Shown here piece after piece: positions 16,706-27,100 of a stretch of 38,742 nucleotides of DNA. Position numbers and translations under genes: made by a program. The first letter of the stretch is position 1. Each line of letters begins with the position of its first letter. Under the pieces are notes generated by a model that saw nothing but the letters and a program-made list of their open reading frames with translations, was not told the DNA's origin and searched no databases. Source of the DNA: an uncultured Candidatus Saccharibacteria bacterium (GTDB taxonomy: Bacteria > Patescibacteriota > Minisyncoccia > Phycocordibacterales > UBA9973); the NCBI GenBank assembly GCA_964504455.1, contig CAZDDY010000003.1, forward strand, positions 1-38,742, read 5' to 3'.

Positions 16706-17242
16706 ATGTACAGAGAATACAAGGACACCAGCGACACTTTTATTGATCCGAGTGGAAATCCTTTAGTACTGATACATGATAAAAGGGTGGAGGGTTTTCT
16801 AAGAGTAGCAAAAGAATCATTTAAAGATATTGATCCATATATGATGCACTCTGTCTGGAATATGGCTTATTCAAGAAGTTATGAAACATTTGAAATTGGC
16901 TTGGGAAACAAGAATCTACTTTCAACAAAAAGAGCGACATTTTTCCGAAATCTCATTTCTTTCTTAACGAAACATAAGTGTAGTATATACGGAATAGGTG
17001 TTGGATATTCTTGCAACTCTCTTTCAACCGTACAAGAACTTCCACTCAAAATCAGGCTATCTAACTTTAGTGAAAATATTGTCACTATTCATCACAAAGA
17101 TAACGCCTTTGAAATAAAACCGTCAAGAAAAAACATCGACTTTTTGAGGAGCTATGAAGAAGAAGGTTTTTATTTTTTGGATGAAGATAATAATTTCATT
17201 ATTTTGTATGAACAATTAAGTGATCTGGCTTTTTACTTTTAA
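16706..17242 (+). CDS. Hypothetical protein (178 aa), very AT-rich
   Basis: Long ORF with no competing frame. No recognisable motif. Confidence 0.5.
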   Translation: MYREYKDTSDTFIDPSGNPLVLIHDKRVEGFLRVAKESFKDIDPYMMHSVWNMAYSRSYETFEIGLGNKNLLSTKRATFFRNLISFLTKHKCSIYGIGVGYSCNSLSTVQELPLKIRLSNFSENIVTIHHKDNAFEIKPSRKNIDFLRSYEEEGFYFLDEDNNFIILYEQLSDLAFYF

Positions 17243-17271
17243 CGACATACTCTCACAAAAAAATTAATCAT

Positions 17272-17808
17272 ATGAAGAAAGGAAATATATTTAATTCTCC
17301 GGACCTAGAATTTGATCTGGTTAATATAAAACATATATGGTCTGATATGTTCTTCGCAAAAACATACTACCCATATGGGAATAAAAGAATAAGAATTAGG
17401 TTAGCAGATTATTTTGAAAGAATACTATTACCGGCAAATCCCTTAGGTTTTGACTTTGTATTACTCAAAAGAAGGAACATATCTCCGAGTTATGAGCTTG
17501 AAATCAATACTGCAGTGGCAATATTAATTAATATCTTAGATCAGTACCAAATACTCCCGCAAGGATTTTACTTCTCAATCCCATACCATAGAAGCCTCAA
17601 GGATGAGTACGGTGGTGAGCTACGGATTGATTTGACGCTTGAATCACCAACGCTGCCTGAGGTCATCTATGATGAAAACAAAATCTGCATGGGTCAATCA
17701 GAATTTCTTTATCCTGAAGTCTATTGGGCTCGACATGGCAAATTGCCCATACAGGAAAACGGGGAAGTCTTTTTCTCCTTTACCGAGCTAACAGGAATGG
17801 CAATATAA
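17272..17808 (+). CDS. Hypothetical protein (178 aa), very AT-rich, possibly a distant paralog of the preceding ORF
   Basis: Same length as its neighbour, with weakly similar C-terminal patterns (LKIRLSNFSENI vs LRIDLTLESPTL; IILYEQLSDLA vs FFSFTELTGMA). Confidence 0.5.
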   Translation: MKKGNIFNSPDLEFDLVNIKHIWSDMFFAKTYYPYGNKRIRIRLADYFERILLPANPLGFDFVLLKRRNISPSYELEINTAVAILINILDQYQILPQGFYFSIPYHRSLKDEYGGELRIDLTLESPTLPEVIYDENKICMGQSEFLYPEVYWARHGKLPIQENGEVFFSFTELTGMAI

Positions 17809-17818
17809 AACATATACA

Positions 17819-17853
17819 AAAGGGGTCATCATTTTGACCCCTTTATTTTTTTT
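17819..17853 (+). terminator. Strong intrinsic terminator
   Basis: aaggggtca-tcattt-tgacccctt followed by tatttttttt. Confidence 0.85.
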
Positions 17854-17854
17854 A

Positions 17855-17863
17855 TGTTATAAC
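17855..17863 (+). promoter_or_regulatory. Extended -10 (TGtTATAAC), 7 nt upstream of the dnaJ ATG
   Basis: TGT TATAAC at 17855-17863, aaatgat, then ATG at 17871. Confidence 0.4.
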
Positions 17864-17870
17864 AAATGAT

Positions 17871-18944
17871 ATGGCAAAAGATTATTATGAAGTTTTGGGC
17901 GTAGCGAAAAACGCCAATCAAGAAGAAATAAAAAAGGCGTTTCGAAAACTTGCTCATCAATATCACCCCGATAAAAACAAGGGGGATGATAAAAAATTTA
18001 AAGAAGTAAACGAGGCGTATCAAATTCTTTCAGATGAAGGTAAGCGAGCACAGTATGATCGTTTTGGAAGTGGATTTGAACAAGCACAGGGCTTTGGTGG
18101 GTTTGGTCAGCAAGGTGGTTTTGACTTCAGTGGATTTCAACAAGGTGGATTTGATATGGGCGATTTAGGAGATATTTTCTCTGATTTTTTTGGTGGCACA
18201 CAACAAAGATCACACCGCCCGCAAAGAGGTAGGGATATTGCAACAGAATTAATAATCTCTTTTGAAGATTCAGTCTTTGGAACTGAAAGGGAGGTAGTTT
18301 TTACAAAAGTAGGTGAATGCGAAACATGTACAGGTAAAGGAGCAAAACCGGGAACAAAAAAAGAAACTTGTGGTACGTGTAATGGAAAAGGTCAGATACG
18401 AGAGAATAGACAAACAATCTTAGGAGCTATTTCTACAACTCGAATTTGTGAAAAGTGTGACGGCATTGGAGAAATTCCTAAGGAAGTGTGCGAAACATGT
18501 AAAGGGAAAGGAGTGTTGCGAAAGCAAGAAACAATCAAAGTATCTATCCCGGCTGGAATTCAAAATGGTGAAATGATTAGACTTGTTGGTAAGGGTGAAG
18601 GGATAAAAAATGGTACACCGGGAGACCTCTATGTGAAAATAAATACAGCACCACATAAAATATTCACACGTGAAGGGCAAAATCTTCGTATGACTCTTGA
18701 GATAAAGCTAACAGACGCACTTCTCGGTACAACATATACCATTGAAACAATTGAGGGTCCGCTTGCTGTAAAAATTCCAGAAGGAGTTTCTCCAAATGAA
18801 GTACTCCGGGTTAAAGAAAAAGGGGTGCCAGGTGGTAGAGGGAAGAGAGGTGACTTGCTTATAAGTATTAAAATAAAACTACCTTCAAAGCTCTCGAAAA
18901 AAGAAAAAGATGTTATTGAAACCCTAAAGACACTTGGACTCTAA
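17871..18944 (+). CDS. dnaJ: Molecular chaperone DnaJ
   Basis: J domain with HPD (YHPDKN), a G/F-rich linker and four CxxCxGxG repeats ([32 protein letters not shown]). Confidence 0.93.
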   Translation: MAKDYYEVLGVAKNANQEEIKKAFRKLAHQYHPDKNKGDDKKFKEVNEAYQILSDEGKRAQYDRFGSGFEQAQGFGGFGQQGGFDFSGFQQGGFDMGDLGDIFSDFFGGTQQRSHRPQRGRDIATELIISFEDSVFGTEREVVFTKVGECETCTGKGAKPGTKKETCGTCNGKGQIRENRQTILGAISTTRICEKCDGIGEIPKEVCETCKGKGVLRKQETIKVSIPAGIQNGEMIRLVGKGEGIKNGTPGDLYVKINTAPHKIFTREGQNLRMTLEIKLTDALLGTTYTIETIEGPLAVKIPEGVSPNEVLRVKEKGVPGGRGKRGDLLISIKIKLPSKLSKKEKDVIETLKTLGL

Positions 18945-18967
18945 ATTTATACTTAGTTTATAAGGAT

Positions 18968-19003
18968 AAAAAGGGCTTTTTTACTTGCAAAAAGGCCCTT
19001 TTT
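18968..19003 (+). terminator. Intrinsic terminator after dnaJ
   Basis: 15-bp stem aaaaagggctttttt / aaaaaggcccttttt (one G-U pair) with loop acttgc. The 3' arm ends in T5. Confidence 0.8.
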
Positions 19004-19013
19004 CGAATATAAT
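18985..19013 (+). promoter_or_regulatory. Near-consensus sigma70 promoter for tRNA-Ile and the atp operon
   Basis: TTGCAA at 18985-18990, a 17-nt spacer, then TATAAT at 19008-19013. The -35 lies in the loop and 3' arm of the dnaJ terminator. Confidence 0.6.
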
Positions 19014-19063
19014 CCGGACGCACGTCTCGTTAACGTGTATTTCTTTGTATTAAAAGACATTTT

Positions 19064-19135
19064 GCGTGTGTAGTTCAGTGGTAGAACGCTGTCCTGATAA
19101 GACAGAGGTCGTAGGTCCGATTCCTACCACACGCA
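19064..19135 (+). tRNA. tRNA-Ile (anticodon GAU), 72 nt, CCA not encoded
   Basis: Acceptor GCGTGTG/CACACGC, D stem GTTC/GAAC, anticodon stem CTGTC/GACAG with loop CT-GAT-AA, and T arm GTAGG-TCCGATT-CCTAC. Discriminator is A. Confidence 0.88.
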
Positions 19136-19161
19136 CCCGAAGCGTTTTTGTTTCGGTTCAA

Positions 19162-19446
19162 ATGGAAAAAAATAATCCCAAAATTCCTTGGTGGAGAGAC
19201 AGTTTATTATTCTTCTCAAGAATTTCTGGTTGGATTGCTGGACCAATTTTATTTTCTCTGTTTTTTGGTAAATGGTTGGACAAAAAATTCAATTCAGAAC
19301 CTTGGATATTTTTAGGAATGACTGCGATTGCATTTGCTGTGTCACTGTTTGGTCTCCTTAAGGAAAGTAAGACCTACATGCAATCAATAGTGAAGCAAAA
19401 AGAAGTATTAGAAAATGGAAATACAACACACACCACAGATAAATAA
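19162..19446 (+). CDS. atpZ: AtpZ/AtpI-like small membrane protein of the ATP synthase operon
   Basis: Two TM helices (ISGWIAGPILFSLFFGKWLDKKF..., WIFLGMTAIAFAVSLFGL) at the first position of the atp operon. The track ORF (19066) runs through tRNA-Ile, so the internal ATG at 19162 is used. Confidence 0.6.
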   Translation: MEKNNPKIPWWRDSLLFFSRISGWIAGPILFSLFFGKWLDKKFNSEPWIFLGMTAIAFAVSLFGLLKESKTYMQSIVKQKEVLENGNTTHTTDK

Positions 19447-20338
19447 TGAACTCACGAACGAGACTCACGTCGATGAATCTTCTCATGGAGAAGTAGTACA
19501 TGAGGCAACGCTTTTTGCTGAACCAATTATTGAAACCCCATACCTTTCAATAACAAATGCACTTATTACGAGTTGGGTTGCAGTACTTATTATTGTTATC
19601 CTATCTTTTCTCATTAGAAAAAACTTAAAAAAAGTTCCTGGAAAATTACAACATGTATTCGAAATAGTGATCGATGGTGCGCTCTCTTTGGCTGATCAAG
19701 TAACCGGAAACAGAAATCTATCTAAAAAAATTTTCCCATTAGCATTTTCTGTCTTTCTTTTTGTGCTCATAAACAATTGGCTAGGACTTTTACCAATTGG
19801 AGCAATTGGCGTTATTCAAACCCACGGAGGTGTAGAATCTTTCGTCCCTTTTCTTCGTGGTGGTACTGCTGATGTCAATACAACACTCGCATTAGGACTC
19901 CTTGTGGTTATAGGTTCAAATATTTTCGGAATTATTTCAATAGGTGTATGGAAATTCTTTAATAAATACATAAACCTTAAGGCAGTAGGGAAGGCAGTGG
20001 TGCGTGCAAGAAAAGAACCTACCGGACTAATTGTTGGTCCTATAAGTTTTTTTGTTGGGATCTTGGAAATAATTGGTGAAGTTGCAAAAGTTGCATCGCT
20101 ATCTTTTCGACTATTTGGAAATATCTTTGCAGGAGAAGTGCTTCTTTTGTCGATGTCTCTTTTGGTTGCATATGCTGTTCCAATTCCTTTTCTTTTCCTT
20201 GAGGTACTCGTTGGTGTCATTCAAGCATTAATATTTGCAATGCTTACCCTCGTCTATTTCACGATTGCTTCTCAAGATCACGATGCGCATGAACACGAAG
20301 AAAAACATGCGACAGTACACGAACAAAGTCACGCGTAA
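19415..20338 (+). CDS. atpB: F0F1 ATP synthase subunit a
   Basis: Conserved SLSFRLFGNIFAGE with the essential Arg, and a multi-TM topology. It has a hydrophilic N-terminal extension and a His/acid-rich C-terminal tail (QDHDAHEHEEKHATVHEQSHA). Confidence 0.9.
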   Translation: MEIQHTPQINNELTNETHVDESSHGEVVHEATLFAEPIIETPYLSITNALITSWVAVLIIVILSFLIRKNLKKVPGKLQHVFEIVIDGALSLADQVTGNRNLSKKIFPLAFSVFLFVLINNWLGLLPIGAIGVIQTHGGVESFVPFLRGGTADVNTTLALGLLVVIGSNIFGIISIGVWKFFNKYINLKAVGKAVVRARKEPTGLIVGPISFFVGILEIIGEVAKVASLSFRLFGNIFAGEVLLLSMSLLVAYAVPIPFLFLEVLVGVIQALIFAMLTLVYFTIASQDHDAHEHEEKHATVHEQSHA

Positions 20339-20346
20339 TTGTATAG

Positions 20347-20655
<309 letters not shown>

Positions 20656-20660
20656 TTGTA

Positions 20661-20709
20661 CTGTCCGGAGGCCCAATGCTCAAAATATTGAGCATTGCCT
20701 TCCGGACAG
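20661..20709 (+). promoter_or_regulatory. Long stem-loop immediately after atpE, with no U-tract
   Basis: ctgtccgga (20661-20669) pairs with tccggacag (20701-20709). caatgctcaa (20674-20683) pairs with ttgagcattg (20688-20697), with loop aata and a small internal loop. It is followed by an A-rich sequence, so it is not a canonical terminator. Confidence 0.55.
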
Positions 20710-20724
20710 AAAAACAAAAAATAC

Positions 20725-21222
20725 ATGGACGCACTTATCGGAACATTCCACATAGATACAAAATTAATCATTGCGCAAGTTATAAACTTTGCGATTGTAT
20801 TTTTCGTACTCTATAAATTCGCAATCAAGCCACTTGGAAAACTTATGAATGAACGCTCACAAACTATTCAAAAGGGGCTTGATGATGCAAAAGCAAATGA
20901 ATCACTCCTTCTAGATACGAAAAAAGCGTATGATGATGAGCTTGCACGTGCACGAAAAGATGCTCAAGCACTTATGTCAGAAATGAAAGCAACAATTGAA
21001 GAAAAAAGAGTAGAACTTGTTGCACAAGCTGAAAAAGAGTCAGCACAAATAGTGCAAGCGGGTAAGCAAAGACTTGAAGACGAAAAAAATCAAATGCTCA
21101 AAAGCGTTGAAAAAGAACTTGGTATGCTTGTCATTAAGACAACAGAAAAAGTATTGGGTAAGGAAATAAGTGAAAAAATAAATAAAGATATCATTAAAGA
21201 GCAGATGACTCACGTAAAATAG
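20725..21222 (+). CDS. atpF: F0F1 ATP synthase subunit b
   Basis: An N-terminal TM helix (LIIAQVINFAIVFFVLYKFAIKPL) and a long charged coiled coil. The track start at 20695 lies inside the hairpin, so the ATG at 20725 is preferred. Confidence 0.8.
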   Translation: MDALIGTFHIDTKLIIAQVINFAIVFFVLYKFAIKPLGKLMNERSQTIQKGLDDAKANESLLLDTKKAYDDELARARKDAQALMSEMKATIEEKRVELVAQAEKESAQIVQAGKQRLEDEKNQMLKSVEKELGMLVIKTTEKVLGKEISEKINKDIIKEQMTHVK

Positions 21223-21223
21223 T

Positions 21224-21631
21224 ATGACAAAATCTGACGAACGCACAATTGCACATACATTTGCTAACCTGCTTTCAAAAGCAAAGAATGCAAAAGAGGA
21301 AAAAGAGATTACAACTTCTTTGGTAAAAGTTCTTAGCAAAAAGAAAGCAGGGGAGCATGCATATGCAATTATGAAAGAAGTACAGACAATACTGCATGAA
21401 AAAGAAGGATATATCCAAGCACAGGTCACTGTAAGCACACGTTTATCTACTCAAGAAAAAAGTCATATTAAGGAAATTATTAAGAAAAAATACAAAGCCA
21501 AAGACGTACTCTTGGTAGAGCGTCTTGATGAAAGAATCATTGGCGGAATCAAAATACAGGTCGGAGATGAAGTGTTTGATGGAAGTATAAAAAGCAAATT
21601 ACAAGAGTTACGTACACGATTAAAAGTATAA
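21224..21631 (+). CDS. atpH: F0F1 ATP synthase subunit delta (OSCP), short form of 135 aa
   Basis: Its position between atpF and atpA, and the C-terminal pattern [35 protein letters not shown]. Confidence 0.75.
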   Translation: MTKSDERTIAHTFANLLSKAKNAKEEKEITTSLVKVLSKKKAGEHAYAIMKEVQTILHEKEGYIQAQVTVSTRLSTQEKSHIKEIIKKKYKAKDVLLVERLDERIIGGIKIQVGDEVFDGSIKSKLQELRTRLKV

Positions 21632-21635
21632 AGAT

Positions 21636-23144
21636 ATGGCAACAGCACAAAATATAATAGAAAACTTAAAAAGAGAGATTGCAAACCTTAAAGCTGATCC
21701 GAAACTCGAAAAAGTGGGTGTCGTTACAGAAGTGTTTGATGGGATAGTTCGCGTATCAGGACTTTCAAATATCAGATCATCTGAGATGGTTGTATTCCCA
21801 AATGGAGTTGAGGGTGTAGCATTAAACCTAGAAGCAGATTCTATCGGTGTAATTGTTCTCGGTCCGTATGTGGGAATTAAAGAAGGAGATGAAGTTAAAG
21901 CTACTGGAAAAATTCTAGACATCCCTGTTGGTGATGGAGACCTCGGAAGAGTTGTTAATGCACTTGGAATCGCAATTGATGGACGTGGAGATATTAAAAC
22001 AACAAAAACGTATCCTATTGAGCGAGTTGCTCCAGGAGTTGTAACACGACAGTCAGTCGACAAAGCAATGCAGACAGGAATCAAAGCAATTGATGCTCTT
22101 ATTCCTATCGGACGAGGTCAGCGTGAACTCATTATTGGTGACCGACAAACAGGAAAAACTGCGATTGCAATAGACACTATTTTGAACCAAAAAGACCAGA
22201 ACATGATTTGTGTGTACGTCTCAATTGGTCAAAAAGACTCAAAATTAAGAAAAATTGAAACACGACTCCGAGAAGGAGGAGCGATGGAATATACTGTGAT
22301 CGTTTCTGCTGGTGCCTCAGAACCTGCAGCACTTTCATATATTGCTCCGTATGCTGGAGTTGCAATTGCGGAATACTTTATGGACAAAGGTAAAGATGTA
22401 CTCATTGTCTACGATGACCTTTCAAAGCATGCTGTCGCATATCGAGAGATATCACTCCTGCTTCGTCGCCCTCCTGGTCGCGAAGCGTTTCCTGGAGATG
22501 TCTTTTATCTCCACTCAAGACTTCTCGAAAGAGCATGTCGCCGAAATCAAAAATATGGTGGTGGCTCTATCACTGCTCTTCCTATTATCGAAACACAAGC
22601 TGGAGACATTTCTGCGTACATTCCAACAAATGTTATTTCAATTACTGACGGACAAATTTTCTTGGAAACTGATCTTTTCTATAAAGGTATTCGTCCTGCG
22701 GTTAACGTTGGTAACTCTGTGTCTCGTGTAGGATCAGCTGCACAGATAAAAGCAATGAAAAAAGTTGCAGGAACACTCAAGCTTGACCTCGCACAATTCC
22801 GAGAACTTGAAGCATTTGCGCAATTCGGTTCAGATCTTGATGATGCAACAAAGCGTCAACTTGAACGTGGAAAAAGGGCCGTTGAAATGCTTAAGCAACT
22901 TCAGTATTCTCCGGTCCCTGTAGAAAAACAAGTTATTGGGCTCTACGCGCTCACTCGTGGATTTATGGATGATATTTCTATTTCAAAAATTAAAGCCTTT
23001 GAGACAACTCTCATTGAGTATGTTGAAACAAATGGTAAGCAATTTATTGATGAGGTGAAAACTTCTGGTATGTGGAGTGATGAAGGAGAAATAATTCTTA
23101 AAAAATTAATCGACGAATGTAAATCTTCATTTCAAAAAGAATAA
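21636..23144 (+). CDS. atpA: F0F1 ATP synthase subunit alpha
   Basis: GDRQTGKT Walker [45 protein letters not shown]. Confidence 0.95.
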   Translation: MATAQNIIENLKREIANLKADPKLEKVGVVTEVFDGIVRVSGLSNIRSSEMVVFPNGVEGVALNLEADSIGVIVLGPYVGIKEGDEVKATGKILDIPVGDGDLGRVVNALGIAIDGRGDIKTTKTYPIERVAPGVVTRQSVDKAMQTGIKAIDALIPIGRGQRELIIGDRQTGKTAIAIDTILNQKDQNMICVYVSIGQKDSKLRKIETRLREGGAMEYTVIVSAGASEPAALSYIAPYAGVAIAEYFMDKGKDVLIVYDDLSKHAVAYREISLLLRRPPGREAFPGDVFYLHSRLLERACRRNQKYGGGSITALPIIETQAGDISAYIPTNVISITDGQIFLETDLFYKGIRPAVNVGNSVSRVGSAAQIKAMKKVAGTLKLDLAQFRELEAFAQFGSDLDDATKRQLERGKRAVEMLKQLQYSPVPVEKQVIGLYALTRGFMDDISISKIKAFETTLIEYVETNGKQFIDEVKTSGMWSDEGEIILKKLIDECKSSFQKE

Positions 23145-23145
23145 T

Positions 23146-24027
23146 ATGGCTGTACAAGGTAAAGCAATAAAACAAAGAATAAAGAGTATTAAAAATACTA
23201 AAAAAATTACCAAAGCCATGGAGCTTATTGCTGCTTCAAAAATGAAGAAAGCTGTATCAAAAACCCTTGATGCAAGAGCATATGCTCATTATTCTTGGGA
23301 TGTGCTTCAATCACTTGAGTCAAGAGAAGTTCCACACCCATTATATGAGCAAAAAGATGGAGGAAGAGTGCTTATGGTGGTTATTACCTCAAACAGAGCG
23401 TTCTGTGGTGGGTATAATGCGCAAATTATTCGTTCTATTATTTCTTACATTAAAGAACACGCTGGAGAAACAATTAATTTCATTACTGTTGGAAAGAAAG
23501 GCGATACCGCACTTCGAAGGCTTGGGAAAAACATTGTTGCAACATTTGATGTTGGTGAATCTGTAACCCTCTCCGATGTAGTACCTGTCGGGGGAATCCT
23601 CATGGATGAATTTGAAGCAGACCATTACGACAAAGTTTTTATTGTATATACAGATTATGTGTCAGCACTTCTTCAAAGACCTGTCATCAAGCAAATTCTA
23701 CCTTTTTCAAAACAATCAGTTTTGGAAACAATTGAAGGATTGGGAGAAGAAAAAAACAGAAATAACAAAGCTGAATATTTGTTTGAACCAGGATATGAAA
23801 ATATTCTCAATGTCTTGATTAAAAAAATTTCTCGCATGCAAGTCTATCACACACTTCTTGAATCATTTGCATCTGAGCAATCAGCGCGAATGCTTGCTAT
23901 GAAGAATGCCTCAGATGCGGCAGGGGAGATGATAGAAGATCTGACACTTATGTTTAACAAGGCACGTCAAGCTGGAATTACACAAGAAATATCAGAAATT
24001 AGCGCCGGTATGGCAAGCGTAAGCTAA
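23146..24027 (+). CDS. atpG: F0F1 ATP synthase subunit gamma
   Basis: IKSIKNTKKITKAMELIAASKMKKA N-terminus and the C-terminal NKARQAGITQEISEI helix. Confidence 0.9.
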   Translation: MAVQGKAIKQRIKSIKNTKKITKAMELIAASKMKKAVSKTLDARAYAHYSWDVLQSLESREVPHPLYEQKDGGRVLMVVITSNRAFCGGYNAQIIRSIISYIKEHAGETINFITVGKKGDTALRRLGKNIVATFDVGESVTLSDVVPVGGILMDEFEADHYDKVFIVYTDYVSALLQRPVIKQILPFSKQSVLETIEGLGEEKNRNNKAEYLFEPGYENILNVLIKKISRMQVYHTLLESFASEQSARMLAMKNASDAAGEMIEDLTLMFNKARQAGITQEISEISAGMASVS

Positions 24028-24052
24028 AAATGATTAATTAATAATTTAGTAG

Positions 24053-25426
<1,374 letters not shown>

Positions 25427-25427
25427 A

Positions 25428-25859
25428 ATGAAACAACTTAACCTAAAAATAATAACACCAGAGAAGGTAGTTATAGAAGAAACAGTAGATCAAGTAACTA
25501 TTCCAACAACAGAAGGTGAGATCACCATCTTGCCTGGGCATGTTCCATTGGTTTCGCTTCTTGGTAAAGGAGATATTGTTGCGAAAGTCTCTGGAGAAGA
25601 TGTCCCGTTTATTGCTATTGGTGGATTCATACGAGTACACGACAACGAAGTTGCTATTATGGCAGATTTTGCAGAACATGTTTCAACTGTAGCAACAGAG
25701 AATGCCATAGAAGACGCGAAAAACAAAGCAAATGAACTTCAAAAGAAATTCGAAAATAATGAGATTGTTGACGCAGAACATTTTGAAGCTGAGCTTGAGA
25801 GAAGCCTCATGCGAGCACGTATTGGAGATAAGTGGAAAGTAAAAAAATATAGGAAATAA
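25428..25859 (+). CDS. atpC: F0F1 ATP synthase subunit epsilon
   Basis: LNLKIITPEKVV...VTIPTTEGEITILPGHVPLVSLL is a typical epsilon beta-sandwich. The ATG at 25428 lies 1 nt after the atpD stop and is preferred over the overlapping start at 25407. Confidence 0.88.
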   Translation: MKQLNLKIITPEKVVIEETVDQVTIPTTEGEITILPGHVPLVSLLGKGDIVAKVSGEDVPFIAIGGFIRVHDNEVAIMADFAEHVSTVATENAIEDAKNKANELQKKFENNEIVDAEHFEAELERSLMRARIGDKWKVKKYRK

Positions 25860-25862
25860 AAT

Positions 25863-25884
25863 AAAGGGGAGAACATCCCCTTTA
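25863..25884. terminator. Hairpin shared by the convergent atpC and the 107-aa ORF
   Basis: aaagggga-gaaca-tccccttt. It is T-rich on the minus-strand side. Confidence 0.55.
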
Positions 25885-26205
25885 TGTGTAGAATTTTTTA
25901 AAAATAAAAAAGATATAGGCACAAAATAGAACCCAAGCAAAGATACTTGCAATGATCCTTTCTTTTTTTCTATTTTCACCTTGGCCAGCTTTTGAAAAGC
26001 CTGCTTGTTTAGGTACTTCTATAAGATAGTATACTGCAACACCAAGGGAAGCTATTCCCACTATGCATAAAACTGGTGCTTCAAATCCCGGATTGTTAAA
26101 AATACTTAAAATTTTCCAAAAAGCCAAAAAGATAATTGTAGGAATACAAATTGCTTTTATTCCACCAAGTAAGCCTTGCAAAAGGCCTATACGCATGTTT
26201 TTCAT
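25882..26205 (-). CDS. Hypothetical small membrane protein (107 aa)
   Basis: Three hydrophobic segments. No recognisable family. Confidence 0.5.
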   Translation of the reverse strand: MKNMRIGLLQGLLGGIKAICIPTIIFLAFWKILSIFNNPGFEAPVLCIVGIASLGVAVYYLIEVPKQAGFSKAGQGENRKKERIIASIFAWVLFCAYIFFIFKKFYT

Positions 26206-26265
26206 GGTTAATTTTTGTTAAAGGTGTATCAATAGTAATAATGAGTTATTAAAAATTTGCTGTCA

Positions 26266-26296
26266 AATAAAAAATGCGAGACGTAGTGCCTCGCAT
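26266..26296 (-). terminator. Intrinsic terminator downstream of the 102-aa ORF
   Basis: atgcgag-(9-nt loop)-ctcgcat, followed by a T-run on the minus strand. Confidence 0.65.
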
Positions 26297-26311
26297 GCTT
26301 AAAGTAATATT

Positions 26312-26620
26312 TTATACAGATAGTCCCCAAACAAAGAAAACAAGGAACAGTACGAAAGTAACCCAGATAATTATTAGTGCCCTTTTAGGTGGTCTGTGTT
26401 TTGAGTCAGAGAGTGATCTGTAAACACCGAGCATCACCTCATAGCAAAAAAGTGGTCCAACGAAAACAATAAGTGTCAAAGATCCAAGCAGTGATAATGT
26501 ATGTTGAACATATCGTATACAACATACAAAAAGCACTACTAATATCATAAAAATAATTCCACCCGCAAGTCCTGAAAGAACACCGTCAAGCGAAACCGAT
26601 GAATCATCTTTATTTTTCAT
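26312..26620 (-). CDS. Hypothetical small membrane protein (102 aa)
   Basis: Three hydrophobic helices. Starts 11 nt after the upstream ORF. Confidence 0.5.
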   Translation of the reverse strand: MKNKDDSSVSLDGVLSGLAGGIIFMILVVLFVCCIRYVQHTLSLLGSLTLIVFVGPLFCYEVMLGVYRSLSDSKHRPPKRALIIIWVTFVLFLVFFVWGLSV

Positions 26621-26631
26621 TTGATTTCAAT

Positions 26632-27009
26632 TTAAAAGATTTCAAGTTCTCTTTGACGTACTTCTAATACGTCAGTTACTTTTTTTACATTTTCAATACC
26701 AAGATTGTGAACCTGCTTTATTGTTTCTTCGTCATTACAAATAACCTTTATTTCAGGTACAATATCAACGTTTTTGAAAATTTGCTCTATAAGTAACTTT
26801 GCACCTGAAATTCCCGGTAAATCTATAATGACAAGAATGTCAGGGGTATCTCCAGCCTTAATTTTCTCAATGGATATTTTCATTGTGTAAATTTCCGTAA
26901 TGTTGAAATCTACATATTCACTAAGAAGCTTTTCTTTTATCTTTTGATTTATTTCTCCGAAACCTTCAAAAGCATCAAGAAAACAGAGGAAAACTTTTTT
27001 CATACTCAC
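26632..27009 (-). CDS. Hypothetical protein with a possible degenerate CheY-like receiver fold (125 aa)
   Basis: The alternating beta/alpha pattern and DILVIIDLPGISGAKLL resemble the REC phospho-acceptor strand followed by PGMDG, but the N-terminal acidic pair is not evident. The track start is a GTG at 27009; the ATG at 27003 is an alternative. Confidence 0.35.
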   Translation of the reverse strand: MSMKKVFLCFLDAFEGFGEINQKIKEKLLSEYVDFNITEIYTMKISIEKIKAGDTPDILVIIDLPGISGAKLLIEQIFKNVDIVPEIKVICNDEETIKQVHNLGIENVKKVTDVLEVRQRELEIF

Positions 27010-27087
27010 GTTTTAAGTTTTAAAATTCTGTCATACTATACCTTTTAATAATAAAAAGTCAATATTACTGAAACTGCAGATATCTCG

Positions 27088-27093
27088 TATATT
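27088..27093 (+). promoter_or_regulatory. -10 box TATATT, 7 nt upstream of the trhO ATG
   Basis: TATATT-ttcttgt-ATG(27101). Confidence 0.4.
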
Positions 27094-27100
27094 TTCTTGT

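Noticed and set aside
19066-19161. N-terminal part of the 126-aa ORF (MCSSVVERCPDKTEVVGPIPTTRT...)
   Set aside because: This portion is simply tRNA-Ile(GAU) read as protein. The real CDS (atpZ-like) most likely starts at the in-frame ATG at 19162.
20695-20724. Longer atpF start (MPSGQKNKKY...)
   Set aside because: The first codons lie within the 3' arm of the long post-atpE hairpin. The conserved b-subunit sequence begins at the ATG at 20725.
21620-22084. 154-aa antisense ORF inside atpA, and similar long antisense ORFs at 19816-20220 in atpB, 29080-29577 in ctp, 6348-6722 in scpA and 2480-2815 in dnaB
   Set aside because: These are shadow ORFs opposite strongly supported conserved genes. 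They have low-complexity Ser/Pro/Thr- or Ile/Phe-rich compositions with no motifs.
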